Of a stretch of 64,000 nucleotides of DNA, positions 13,847-25,165 are shown piece after piece. Location: positions 8,742,001-8,806,000 of the forward strand of contig CM120649.1 of NCBI GenBank assembly GCA_051362555.1. The letters run 5' to 3'. The position numbers and the translations under genes were made by a program. The notes under the pieces were generated by a model. The model had not been told where the DNA came from and searched no databases. It was given only the letters and a program-made list of their open reading frames with translations. The DNA is from Lingula anatina. Taxonomy: Eukaryota; Animalia; Brachiopoda. The stretch's first letter is position 1. Every line of letters starts with the position of its first letter.

Positions 13847-16800
13847 CTGGAATGCCATCCATCTTCAATAAGTTTCAGTGAAACATCCAAAGTATAAAAC
13901 AACGGTTTTGGCATTATCTTTTATTTCACATATATTGTTTTTTTTTCTTTTAATATTTTAAGATTATATACTTTTATTTGTATGGAAATGCATACGTATT
14001 ATCATGTTGTAAATCAAGAAATCAAAGCGTTGCGTCAAAGTATTGTCGTAACTTACTTAGGTTCACAGTAATAGAAGTTCACTGAAGCCTTGATACAGTG
14101 GCAGGTTTTCTCACAACCGATTCCCCAAGTTTCCATATTTTTGTACAAGGTGTTGTTCACCAAGCAGTAGTCTAGAAGAAAAAGGGAGGAATAGAAAATA
14201 TCTTAATCTTTGTAGAGGTGTTTGTTGCACTATTCTTCAGTCACGAGGCATTAAGGTGAATGATTTAAATCATGCGTAAGTGTTACTAAAATGGCTGCTA
14301 CAGACAGCACTATCATGTCGTCTTACGTTCGTACATCGCAATGATAAATAGCTTAGATTGACATGAACTTCATAAGTTTCGAAAATATACCCAGTAGCCA
14401 TGCGGTTTTCTTACACTCACCATTGGGCCGAATACACTCATAGCCCCCGTTAGAGAGTTGACACATAATTGGTTGTCCTGGTTCTTTTTCTGGGCAAGGG
14501 TTCGGATGGCAAGGATCTTGAAAACATTAGAAATACACGTAATGCTAAATGTCTTATTAATTATATATATTAGCTCATATATGCCAATGAGAGAATGAGA
14601 AAATGATTAAATGTAGTACTGGGAATTACGTTGAAGCGGAGATCACAACGTTCCCAACCTATCGCAATGTCTTCGGATCAACTGATGATCCAGCTAGCTT
14701 AAAATTTTAATTGATACAAAAATAGGCAAATTATAACCCCCAATCCATTTTATACAGTTCATTTTCTGCAACTTGAAGAAGATGCACATACACTCCTTTA
14801 GCCAATGCATATATTCTCACCTTTTTTCGCCTTTGTAACCGTCGTGGTGGGCAGAGTCGTGGTGGTACTGGTACTGGTAGGTGTTAATACTCCACACGTG
14901 TCTCCACTGTAACCAGCAGGACAAATACACGTGTATCCGTCCACCTTATCCACACAAGTACCATAATTTAAGCATGGGTTAGAGGAACATTCATCAATGT
15001 CTATCAGGCAGGTTGGCCCCGCATATCCATCTGGACAAAGACAAGTAAAACTGTCGATTCCGTCGAGACATAGTCCTTTGCTGCAGGGGTTAGACGCACA
15101 TTCATCGACGTTTGTCTGGCAGTTAGTCCCTGTATAACCAACTGGACAGTTACAGGTGTATCCGTTTACACCATCCAAGCAGGTACCCCCGCTACCACAG
15201 GGATTAGATGAACATTCATCAACGTTTGTCTGGCAGTTAGTCCCTGTATAACCAACTGGACAGTTACAGGTGTATCCATTTACACCATCCAAGCAGGTAC
15301 CCCCGCTACCACAGGGATTAGATGAACATTCATCAACGTTTGTCTGGCAGTTAGTCCCTGTATAACCAACTGGACAGTTACAGGTGTATCCGTTTATACC
15401 ATCCAAGCAGGTACTCCCGCTACCACAGGGATTAGAAGAACATTCATCGACATTGGATTCACAATGCAAACCAATATATCCCGCTAAACAATTGCATTTG
15501 TATCTGTTAATATCGTCGGTGCAAGTTGCGCCGTTCTTACAAGGGTTGGAGGCACATTCGTTTATGTTGATTTGGCACGTGGGACCAGCAAAACCAGAGC
15601 CACATATACAAGTGAAACTGTTTATACCATCGAAACAAAGACCATTCTTACACGGATTAGAGGCACACTCATAGATATCAGTCTCACAGTTTGTTCCAGT
15701 AGATCCGGATGGGCATGTGCAGATGTATCCATTGATTGCATCTTTGCAACTACCGCCATTTTGGCAAGGGTTTGATTTGCACTCATAGACGTTAGTTTCA
15801 CAGATATAGCCTGAAAATCCTGCGAGACACGAGCATGTATACTCATTCACACCATCGATACACGTTGCACCATTCTTACAAGGGTTGGACACGCATTCGT
15901 TTACTCTCCGATTTTACACAAAGAACCAGTATACCCATCCGGACATACGCAGTTATACCTGTTAACGCCATCTACACATGTTGCTCCGTTCTGACAGGGG
16001 TCGGATGCACATTCGTTGATATTGGTTTCACATGTAGGGTCGGCAAATCCAGGTTTGCACGAGCATGTGAATCCATTCACACCTTCAATACATGTTGCAC
16101 CATTCTTGCAAGGGTTAGATGCACATTCGTTGATATTGGTTTCACATGTAGGGTCGGCAAATCCAGGTTTGCACGAGCATGTGAATCCATTCACACCATC
16201 AATACATGTTGCACCATTCTTGCAAGGGTTAGATGCACATTCGTTGATATTGGTTTCGCATGTACGGTTGGTAAAACCAGGTTTGCATGAGCATGTGAAT
16301 CCATTCACACCATCTATACACATTCCACCATTCTTGCAAGGGTTAGATGCACATTCGTTGATATTGGTTTCGCATGCACGGTTGGTAAAACCAGGTTTGC
16401 ATGAGCATGTGAATCCATTCACACCATCAATACATGTTGCACCAGTCTTGCAAGGGTTAGACGCACATTCGTCAACATTGGTTTGGCATGTACGACCGGC
16501 GAATCCAGGTTTGCATGCACATGTAAATCTATTCACGCCATCAATACACGTGGCCTTATTCTTGCACGGTTGAGATGCGCATTCGTTAATGTTGGTTTCA
16601 CAGTTGGAACCGGTAAAGCCAAATGCACATGAACATGAATATTCATTAATATCGTCAATGCATGTGGCGTTATTCTTGCACGGCTGAGACGCGCATTCGT
16701 TAATGTTGGTTTCGCAGTTAGAACCGGTAAAGCCAAGTGCACATGAGCAAGAATAGCTGTTAATATCATCGTTGCATGTGGCGTTATTCTTACATGGTTG

Positions 16801-17821
16801 AGATTGACATTCGTCTATATTGGCGTCACAAGTTTCACCCGTAAACCCTGGGCGACAATGGCATTTATAACTGCCCAACAAGCTCTCGCACGTCCCTTGC
16901 TGTTGGTGGCATGGGTTGCTGGCGCATTCGTTTATTTTAACCTCACAATCCACGCCAGTAAACCCAGCATTACAATGGCACGTATAACTATTGATGCCAT
17001 CTTGGCACCATCCTTGTCCGCTGCAGGGGTGTAAATCGCAATCGTTGATGTTGCGTTCACAGTTCTTTCCAGTAAATCCTTTGTCACAGGAGCAAGTGTA
17101 GTAATTCACCCCATCAATGCACCTCCCCCGCCCACTGCACTTTAACCTATCTGACCGGCAATCGTCTATGTTTGTTTCACAATTTCTTCCCGTAAAACCA
17201 CTGTCACATTTACATATGTAACCATTAAAGTTGTGCGTGTCATAACACTTCCCTCGTCCACTGCATATACCAGGTCTGGCGCAATAACTGGTGCTGGTTT
17301 CACAGAAGGAGCCGGCAAATCCAGGTGGACAATGGCAGTGGTCCACGTGGTATGTTCCACTGTTTCGACAAGGGTTCTTGAACCCCGACTCTGATGAATA
17401 AAATCAACATTTTATGTCTCATTGGGACATTTCGTTATTTGTGTTAGAGGTGTTATTTCATGTAGTGATTAACATGTGCACCGGAATAATCTCATTACAC
17501 ATGCGTGTTTAAATAACCGTCATATCAGGAGCTGGAAACGAAGGAATTCATGGCATATCATTTATTTTATTTTATCCTTTTTTTAATCTCATTAAGTTCT
17601 ATTCTCATATCCTATATTATTTATCAATATTTTAATTTGTAAATTTGTAAATTTTATTCTCACTCCATTTTATGTATAACTTCAACCTTTTGGTTGCCAT
17701 GTCTTAATAAACTTACTTACTTACTATATTGCGCACGCGCGCACACACACACACACACACCCAGGCACGCACGCACATGCAGACTCTTTCACTCTTTCTC
17801 TCCCTCCCGCTCTCTCTCTCT

Positions 17822-17868
<47 letters not shown>

Positions 17869-19698
17869 GGTAAAACTGATTAATTTACAAGTTATGTACA
17901 CCTACCTGTATTTACCTGGCATATGTAGGGCAGTGCGTAATGACACGACAGTGACCGTATGGTAGCTGTGCCATACTCACTGAGGCCAAGACTGCTGCAA
18001 CAACCACCTATCATACAGTTGTAAGTAAACTCATTGTATAGTACAAAACATATACATAACAGCAGTGCAATAATGGATATCATTTTCATGCACATTGACT
18101 TAACAGATTTTGTGAGAAAATTACTCAAAATGAAGCATACTTAGTCTCAAATACCTTTTTACAAGTGATTAAACACCTTAAAAACACACACGAGAGAGAG
18201 AGAGAGAGAGATAACCTGCTCTTTTGTAGCGTCCATATGGTATCCTGGAATATGAAATAATGCATATTATTGTAAGACGTAGATAATGCATTTTTCTATT
18301 TAGAAATATGTAATTGTTTTGGCTGCTCGCTCTAAGTTCTCAAATTTACCTTAATGACTAGAGCTTCCATTATAGGCCGTATCAAATACGAGAAAGTCCC
18401 ATGTGATACAGGACCGATCCGGTTCCTATTGACTTGTATAGGTACGCCCCATCCCAGATTTTGACCCGTTTACTGTATGTCACGCAAAACCTAACCTGTA
18501 TGAATCTAATGATGGGTGAAGTGTGTAACACGGGTTCACAATTTTCGCAAGACTCAAGTTATTTACAGCTGATGTAACGAAACTGAGGGTCCGTGTAAGA
18601 GAAAGTCCGCCCTCCATTTAGCTATAGAAACCTATAAAAGCCTGACCAAAATCTAGGGTGAGGCTCTCCTGTACAAATAAATGGGAAGCGGACTCTAGAA
18701 TGGGTGACTCTGTCACGTTACACCGTATACCAGAGGGCCTTCAGTCTGTTTTAGTGAAAATCTGTCAAATGATAACAAGTTTTAGCTAATTGAAGAATTG
18801 ATCTCTTTGTAACAAATAATGTGTACCAGATGACACATCATTCTTTAGGAGCAGCATCTGGTGTAAAACAAACTCCTTTAATTGTTACAAGAATTATGTC
18901 TTCAACCTTTAAAATGTCATACCTTGAGGGGTTTTGGTAGGTTGAATGATATACCCCATATGTATTAGAGGGATATCCGCTGCTGATGCATCCCTTTATC
19001 CAGGCATACCGGATACCGTGTCTTCCCAGAGCACTGTTCAGGGCTCTCTGCTCTTGGTACATGTTAGGTCCAATATAGGCAAGATTCCCACCTAGTTTGT
19101 TTCTGCAATACCATTGTGCCGAAGTCCAGGAACTTGCATCTTTACATATTTGGTATTTTTTAGATGAGCTGAACATCAACTCGGAGCAACCTTAACAGTA
19201 AAGGAGTGTAATTTTTAGAAATGTCGTATAAAAAAATAACGTCACAAAAAAGGTCGATTCATTTTATGTATGTTCTAGGTACGACTGTCAAATATTGTAG
19301 AATGGTCTTAAGATAAAATGTTATGGGAGTTATTAACGTTTTAGTTTCATAATCCTGTCGTCATATTTGTTTTAATTACATAAAAGACTCTTTGTTGCAC
19401 CTGAGGTAATTTAGATTGAGAAAATGTTTGAAATGACACAGCATTGTGCAGTTTAAAGACATGAGTCTATCGTAATAGAAACAACATTACGCGATAATGC
19501 TTAAATACTGTTAGCAATCACAGCTTACACTGCCTTTAAAGGCGTTACCATGAAATAAGTGTGGTTACCTTTCGGCCCACCATAATATACCCCGGGGCAT
19601 CCGCTGCTACATGGGGGGTATGTGCCCGTGCCTTGTGGGATGTAATACCCTAGGACAAACCATACTAGTAGCCAAACGTGCAGTAGTCCAAGACCCAT
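13732..19698 (-). CDS. Secreted C-type-lectin-like + 22 EGF + VWC-like protein (fibropellin-like EGF array), ~1140 aa if frameshift corrected; 8 exons
   Basis: Phase-compatible GT-AG exons: 19569-19698, 18923-19190, 18216-18244, 17906-18007, 14821-17390, 14421-14516, 14057-14171, 13732-13846. Hydrophobic N-terminus, no TM segment. Frameshift near 15905. Confidence 0.85.
14057..14171 (-). CDS. Exon 7: VWC-like domain, first half
   Basis: YCLVNNTLYKNMETWGIGCEKTCHC..YCEPK; TTCTAG acceptor, GTAAGT donor. Confidence 0.8.
14421..14516 (-). CDS. Exon 6: partial EGF-like module
   Basis: DPCHPNPCPEKEPGQPIMCQLSNGGYECIRPN; donor G|GTGAGT. Confidence 0.8.
14821..17390 (-). CDS. Exon 5: 22 tandem EGF repeats (mostly Ca-binding type) + Thr-rich linker
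   Basis: ORFs 15901-17346 and 14798-15892; repeated (I/V)(N/D)EC.SNPC.NG.TC.DG.N.(Y/F)TC.C..G(F/Y).G..C; donor AAG|GTGAGA. Confidence 0.95.
17906..18007 (-). CDS. Exon 4: C-terminal part of CTL-like domain
   Basis: GGCCSSL..SCHYALPYICQ matches CTL C-terminal C...LPYICQ; donor CAG|GTAGGT keeps frame. Confidence 0.75.
18216..18244 (-). CDS. Exon 3: 29-nt micro-exon (IPYGRYKRA)
   Basis: TTCCAG acceptor, CAG|GTTATC donor; bridges phase 2 to phase 1 as required. Confidence 0.65.
18417..18692. mobile_element. Old MITE-like inverted repeat in intron 2
   Basis: CCGGTTCCTATTGACTTGTATAGG..CCCATCCCAGATTTTGAC imperfectly inverted to GACCAAAATCTAGGGTGAGG..CCTGTACAAATAAATGGGAAGCGG. Confidence 0.5.
18923..19190 (-). 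CDS. Exon 2: N-terminal part of C-type-lectin-like domain
   Basis: SWTSAQWYCRNKLGGNLAYI..AWIKG matches CTL W..A...C....G.LA.I pattern; AAG acceptor, GTATGA donor. Confidence 0.8.
19569..19698 (-). CDS. Exon 1: signal peptide
   Basis: MGLGLLHVWLLVWFVLGYYIPQGTG..., donor AAG|GTAACC, TATA box upstream. Confidence 0.8.
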
Positions 19699-19774
19699 TT
19701 CGACGTGCAGGTTGTCAAGCAAGCCCGTCTAAAATATGTACTCGTATCTAAATGTGCCGACGTAGTGACTCGGC

Positions 19775-19782
19775 TTTTTATA
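19775..19782 (-). promoter_or_regulatory. TATA box (TATAAAAA) of the EGF gene
   Basis: GCAGTATAAAAAGCC on - strand, ~80 nt upstream of the ATG. Confidence 0.65.
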
Positions 19783-21285
19783 CTGCAGCCATGACGCCTC
19801 AAAGCAAGATTGCGAGAAGGATCTTTCAACCTGCACGTCCTCCCTCTCTCTTCCCCACCGCCATACTCCCCTCTCACTCTCTGAACATGTGCCAAACTTG
19901 GTGCATTTATCTGCATACATGCGTCATTGCGTATTTGTAAACGTACGTCTGTGCTATTGTGCCTTTGAGAAGTCCATCGCAATAAAAAAATCTGGAGAAA
20001 GCAATATATTAGTCTTAAATTACGTAAAAACCAACGTGGAATTGAGAAGGTGTCACCTATTCTTATCAGGACTTTACATGTACTTTGGTATAGGGTTCTA
20101 GTGCCCTGTACGATACAGAACAAAAATGATTTGTTTGAATACAGTTATATAATACTTTATATATGTTTATAGCATTGCACTATGTCAATACGATTTCCAA
20201 ATTTGTGATCCAAACCAATTGTTTCGAGTTTTGTCATTTTTCTAAAACGTGAACACACAAAGAAACGCACGCGCATTCCACAACCACGCACGTGAGCACA
20301 CACACAAAGACGCACTTTCATTGAGCCAAGTTTTTGCCGTATATTTTTACTGACATTTGTATTTGGTATATAGGAATATGATCCACTGCCAAACAGGGGT
20401 ATGTTCCGTGCTTAGTGCGATGCACTTCCCTCAGACACAGCTATATGCTTGAAGACAAGCCTTCTCCCAAAACCCATTTTGACAAGCTGGCTAACGTGGG
20501 AACCTGTTTAATATATCTACTGGTATCAAAAATATATCTACTCGTGTCAAAAAATACATACTACCTGATTCGGCGTGTTTATACTGCAGAGATAGCGCAC
20601 CAGAGCATGATTAAACGAACAGAACTGTCAGCTTGCCTGTACATGTTACCCTAAGGTCTAGATTTCGGTATTGTCAGCTCGATCTTGATTTCATATATAA
20701 CCCACATCAGCAATGCCGACTCTATCCACCAGAGGCATACTGGGGGCGTGTTCGGCAAAATTTTGCCTGGGGCGCTTCCATATTTAGAAGTCACATGTCT
20801 CTACGTCACAGTCTGTCCCGCTTGGAGCTGCCTTTCCCGCCTTGGGCTGACGTCATCTCGTGCAGACGGGACAAAGAACAAAGAAGCAGAGTGGTTGACG
20901 CGGAGTTTGAAGTTTGAACTAAGAATACCTTGCAATCGAAAATCAGTGCCACAACACAAGCACCTTTCTGCTTATAAAACTGATTTTTGGTGCAGCCATT
21001 GCGCAATCCTTTTAGTGGTATCGGACATATAGTGTAGCTGTCAAACTTGGCACACGGCAAGCACGTGTATTGTGTTTATATCTTCAGGAGCAAATGTTTT
21101 TTGATAAGCAATGAAATACAAACATATAGAATGTCTTTTTCTTTTAAAAAACATAGTATTTATTTTTCAATTAACATCTTAAATACAGAAAACAAAAATT
21201 AAATAAAGCAAAATTAAATCTGTTTAGGTTTCATATATTGGACTGATGACATTCAACTGCAGATTCACTGCAGAGCAGTTCCTTT

Positions 21286-21499
21286 GACTGGGTTCCCACA
21301 GATTTAGATCGATCCATCTGGATCGACCTAACTCCCTGGGGGTTCACGCTAAATTGTTGTCAGCCGAGCTCACACGAAGTTAATTACCCCCTTACAGCTT
21401 TTAGTAGGCGGGACAGACATTTTAGCCGGCTAATCTGACAGCAATCTAGTGAGACTCCCCACGGGGATAGATCGATCTAAAATCTATGGGAATGCAGTC
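21286..21499. mobile_element. MITE (GATCGATCT family), 3-bp TSD, PIF/Harbinger-like
   Basis: GACTGGGTTCCCACAGATTTAGATCGATC / GATCGATCTAAAATCTATGGGAATGCAGTC, flanked by TTT; reverse-orientation copy at 38645-38869. Confidence 0.8.
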
Positions 21500-22379
21500 T
21501 TTGATTGAAAGATACTCAAACCTGCCCCAATTCTTCAGGGGCACTGTAAAGCCAACACATGAAAAGGTAGAGTGACCAAGCTAGCTTTCCAGTGCCCTGA
21601 CACTCAGGGTACTTAGCCCAGGCTTAGGACCACCGTGCACAAATATGCGGTTGAATTGGTTTGCGTGCATTTGGGGCGTTTTTACTTTCTCAGAATGTTC
21701 AGCGGCATACTCCTTGATCACCAAAGCCACCACCAATAGCTTTAAATAAATAAATCTTGTTAAAAATTGCAACCACTCTTAAAGCACTGTAAAAGGTAAC
21801 ATTTTAATATGAAGAAAAAATTAATTCGTCATAACAACTTTTTTAATGTTATGTAGACTTTCTTTTTGTAATAATGGGTTTTTGAGTCACATTGAAAAAT
21901 GAAAATCGTACCTTGTATACTTTTAGAGCGTAATTGTATTTATGTTGTTGCTCCTAATTTGCGAAAGGCGTCATCATAAATAGGGCCTACGCCAAGCATT
22001 AGCATCAGGTAGCTTACTTTATTCTCTAATAGTTGACGCGTATTTAAGTAATTTTACAGAATCATTTGAAATTTTTTGTTAGAAAATCGCTGAAAAAACA
22101 AAAAAGGCATCAGTCCATTGGTAAAGGGTAATCGGCGATTTCTGCGAGGGCGTGTGGATCACTTCAAATTTCATTGGCTGGACCTTGATAGCGAAATCAT
22201 CATTATGGTTGGAGGGAAGGAGCCGGAAGTCTATAAACTCATTGTTCCAAATTTTTTGTTTCAGTTTGGGTGGAATTAAAGCTCATAAAGGAATGCCATC
22301 GGTTAAATCTACAGGTAGAGCTGAAGTGACATGACTCTCACCTGTGAAAACATTGTCGATCAGACTGCTGATACTGGGT

Positions 22380-25165
22380 AACCAGATAGCAAGCATACGT
22401 AGGGCCAGCGTAGGGGGATGGTTAGTTTGTTGGCACATAGTTGGCGTTGGTAGTAATACGTTGGCCCAACGTTGGCCCAACCACATCATAATATGCACTA
22501 CATAACTGCAATATGTACAGTAGTTATGCCAATGTATGCAATAAACAACTCAATTGACATGAATGTTTCTGTTATAATAAAAATGTTTTTGTTCACAACT
22601 GAGAATCACATGAGCTTATCTATTGATCAGTTACATATAGTTTATAGGATTAAAAGAAAAATATATATATATATATATTTTTTTTTATTAACGTATTAAT
22701 AGTTTGTCAACTTCCTTGGGTTAAAAACCAGTTTTCTGCTTTTATTTATCTTCCAAGCTATAAACTCTCATATATACATGTAGTACATAAACTTCACCTA
22801 TAAAAAATAATTGAGTGAAGAGATTTATATTTTTAAATAATGCTGTGAAACATTACTTTATTGTTATTATTATTATTATTGTTATTGAAATCAGACAAAA
22901 GATTGAAATATTATTATAATGTACAATTGCATAATATATAAATTTTAAACTTTATAGTTGGCATCAATTGCAGCTGGACTTGTGATTAAAGTAAACTGGT
23001 AACTTTCACTAGACCAGATTCATTACAACCCAGGTATTTATCTTAACTGTCAGTTTGATATAAACACTTTTCCTACAGCCTGCTCAATGACAATCAGGTA
23101 AAATAACTATACATAGCACAGTCAGTTCCGTTGAGCCATTTCAAAAATCTAAGCCAGAAGGTCAGAAATGTTCTAAGAAAGAGGCAAGAAGGCTGAAAGC
23201 ATTGATTTCTGGATATAAAAAGAAGACATCTTTTTGGAAATTAGTAAGAAAATCAAGAGAGCATGTACTGATACATGTCTTTTTAATTTGGTATTTTCCC
23301 ATAATTTACTGATGCACCAGGATCCATAAAGCCTAGAAAAGTGTTCAAATTTAGTCCACCACTTTGAGCTCTAGTTTATATGTGACTTTGAAAAGTACTT
23401 GAAATTGCTATTAAGCTTGAAAAAGGTTTGCATTTCACCATTTTGTCTTTATAAAAATATTATTTTAAACTTTGTAGTTTATTGACATGAATATAGACAA
23501 TAATTCACAGTTGGGGGTAATACCTTTTCATACATCATTACTTGTACTTTTATTTTCAACTTTTCATCATCAATGTGTTAAAAAGACAAAGTTTAAATGA
23601 AATGAGTCCTGTGTCCTTTAGCATGTACACTTTAAAATAACTGTATAAATGTATAACTTGCCCTCATTAGTTAAAAATCCTTGAAAATTACTTAAATCAG
23701 AGCCTTAATTAAAAGTCCTTGCAAGCCAATTGTTGCTGGTATGTTTAAAAGCATTAAATAATGTGGAATTTAGTTTAACATTACAGTTGTCTGGAATTTT
23801 GAACCCTTTAAAACTGAATTCATGGTCAAGTGTACATGTAAGAACTAATTTAAATAAATCACTATAAATTACTACATACAAGACATACAATTTTAAAGTT
23901 AAGATATTGGCTTTTGCCTAGCTTAGAAAAGGTGGGGAGATTATTTTATACTACACAACTACTAGTTTGTATATGAACACAGTGATGGGGGAAGAGGTAC
24001 AGTCAGGCACTTAAAAGGTTATGTACCATACCAATTCTAGCATTATATTTCAAGTGATTTTAATATTTAAATTTGTAGGTGAAGCACACTCTTCTGTGAC
24101 TGTTCAGACAAATATGTTGAGGATACATCCAAGTAATTGTGCTTTGCCAAAGATCACACAGGTGCAGGTACAGGAAACAGAGAAAAAATACAAAGATTGC
24201 ATTCATATGACCACTGATTTGATTTTTAAAGAGACGATGTCTGAGATTTTGCCTGAAGAAAGAGACTGTGATTTTATAGACTTAACATATCTAACTAGTG
24301 AAAGTTCCTCTGAAAAGCACCTTACCTGATGTTAACAAGGGTTTCTGGTTTAAAATTTAATTTAATGAAAATATTTTTAAAAATTGAAATTGGGCAAAAA
24401 AGACGATACTAGTAGAAAAATGCCTTGACTCCAGGAATAAGGTGAAAAGTCATAGGACTGTTAATAATTTTTCTTGACGTGAATCATGTAATAATTGATA
24501 TAAGACACTTATGATTGTTTAAATTTAATATTATTATAACTTTATAAAAGGTTTCTTTGAGATGTCTTTTTGTATTATTTTTCAATTAATTCACATCACA
24601 TTATTTAGTTGGTTTAAGGTATTTGTTCTATGTAATGTTAAGAATTAATTAAACTTCAGAGGACTTGATCTGCCTGTGATCATCTTGTCAAATAATAATT
24701 GTGGTTGAAACAAAAAGATTAGTGATATATTTTTGAAGGATTCATCCCTTAGTCAGCTTGCTAATTTTTCAGTCATATCTTGTAGTTTGCAGATTTCAGA
24801 TGCTCAAGATATTTCATCAGGACATTGATCTGCCTGTGCATCAGACGTGTTTTTACAGTGCCCTACTACCTATGTGATTCCAAACAAAATTATTTTGTCT
24901 TAGCTCTTTAGCTCAATGTTGGGTCACTGTAAATCACTACGCCCCTGGTTTTAGGTAAGGTCGTAACTTGTTGTGCAAATTGCAGATAACTTGGTGACCA
25001 GTTGGCCTATCGTTGGGCCAACGCGGATGCATTGTTGGTTTGAGGTTGGGTAATCGTTGGACTGATGTTGGTAATTAGTAAAACCAACGTAAATACACTG
25101 TTGGTTACAGGTTGGGTTATTGTTGGACCAATGGTGGTTAATACATGTAGCTGGCCCAATGTACA
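22380..25165. mobile_element. Possible decayed DNA transposon with GTTGG/CCAAC-rich subterminal regions
   Basis: Clusters of GTTGGCCCAAC-type motifs at 22380-22490 and 24990-25160; interior not interpretable. Confidence 0.35.

Noticed and set aside
15384-17034. Plus-strand ORFs overlapping the EGF exon
   Set aside because: Antisense shadows of the repetitive EGF coding frame.
14798-17346. Notch/Delta/Crumbs or true fibropellin orthologue
   Set aside because: No LNR, DSL, laminin-G, CUB, avidin or TM segment; generic EGF similarity only.
17391-17400. CTGATGA hammerhead core candidates here and at ~9305, 21243, 25662, 31466
   Set aside because: No following stem II + GAAA + cleavage triplet.
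17916-17916. Alternative exon-4 donor CAG|GTAAAT
   Set aside because: Gives phase 0, out of frame with the CAG acceptor at 17391; the donor 10 nt further keeps the frame.
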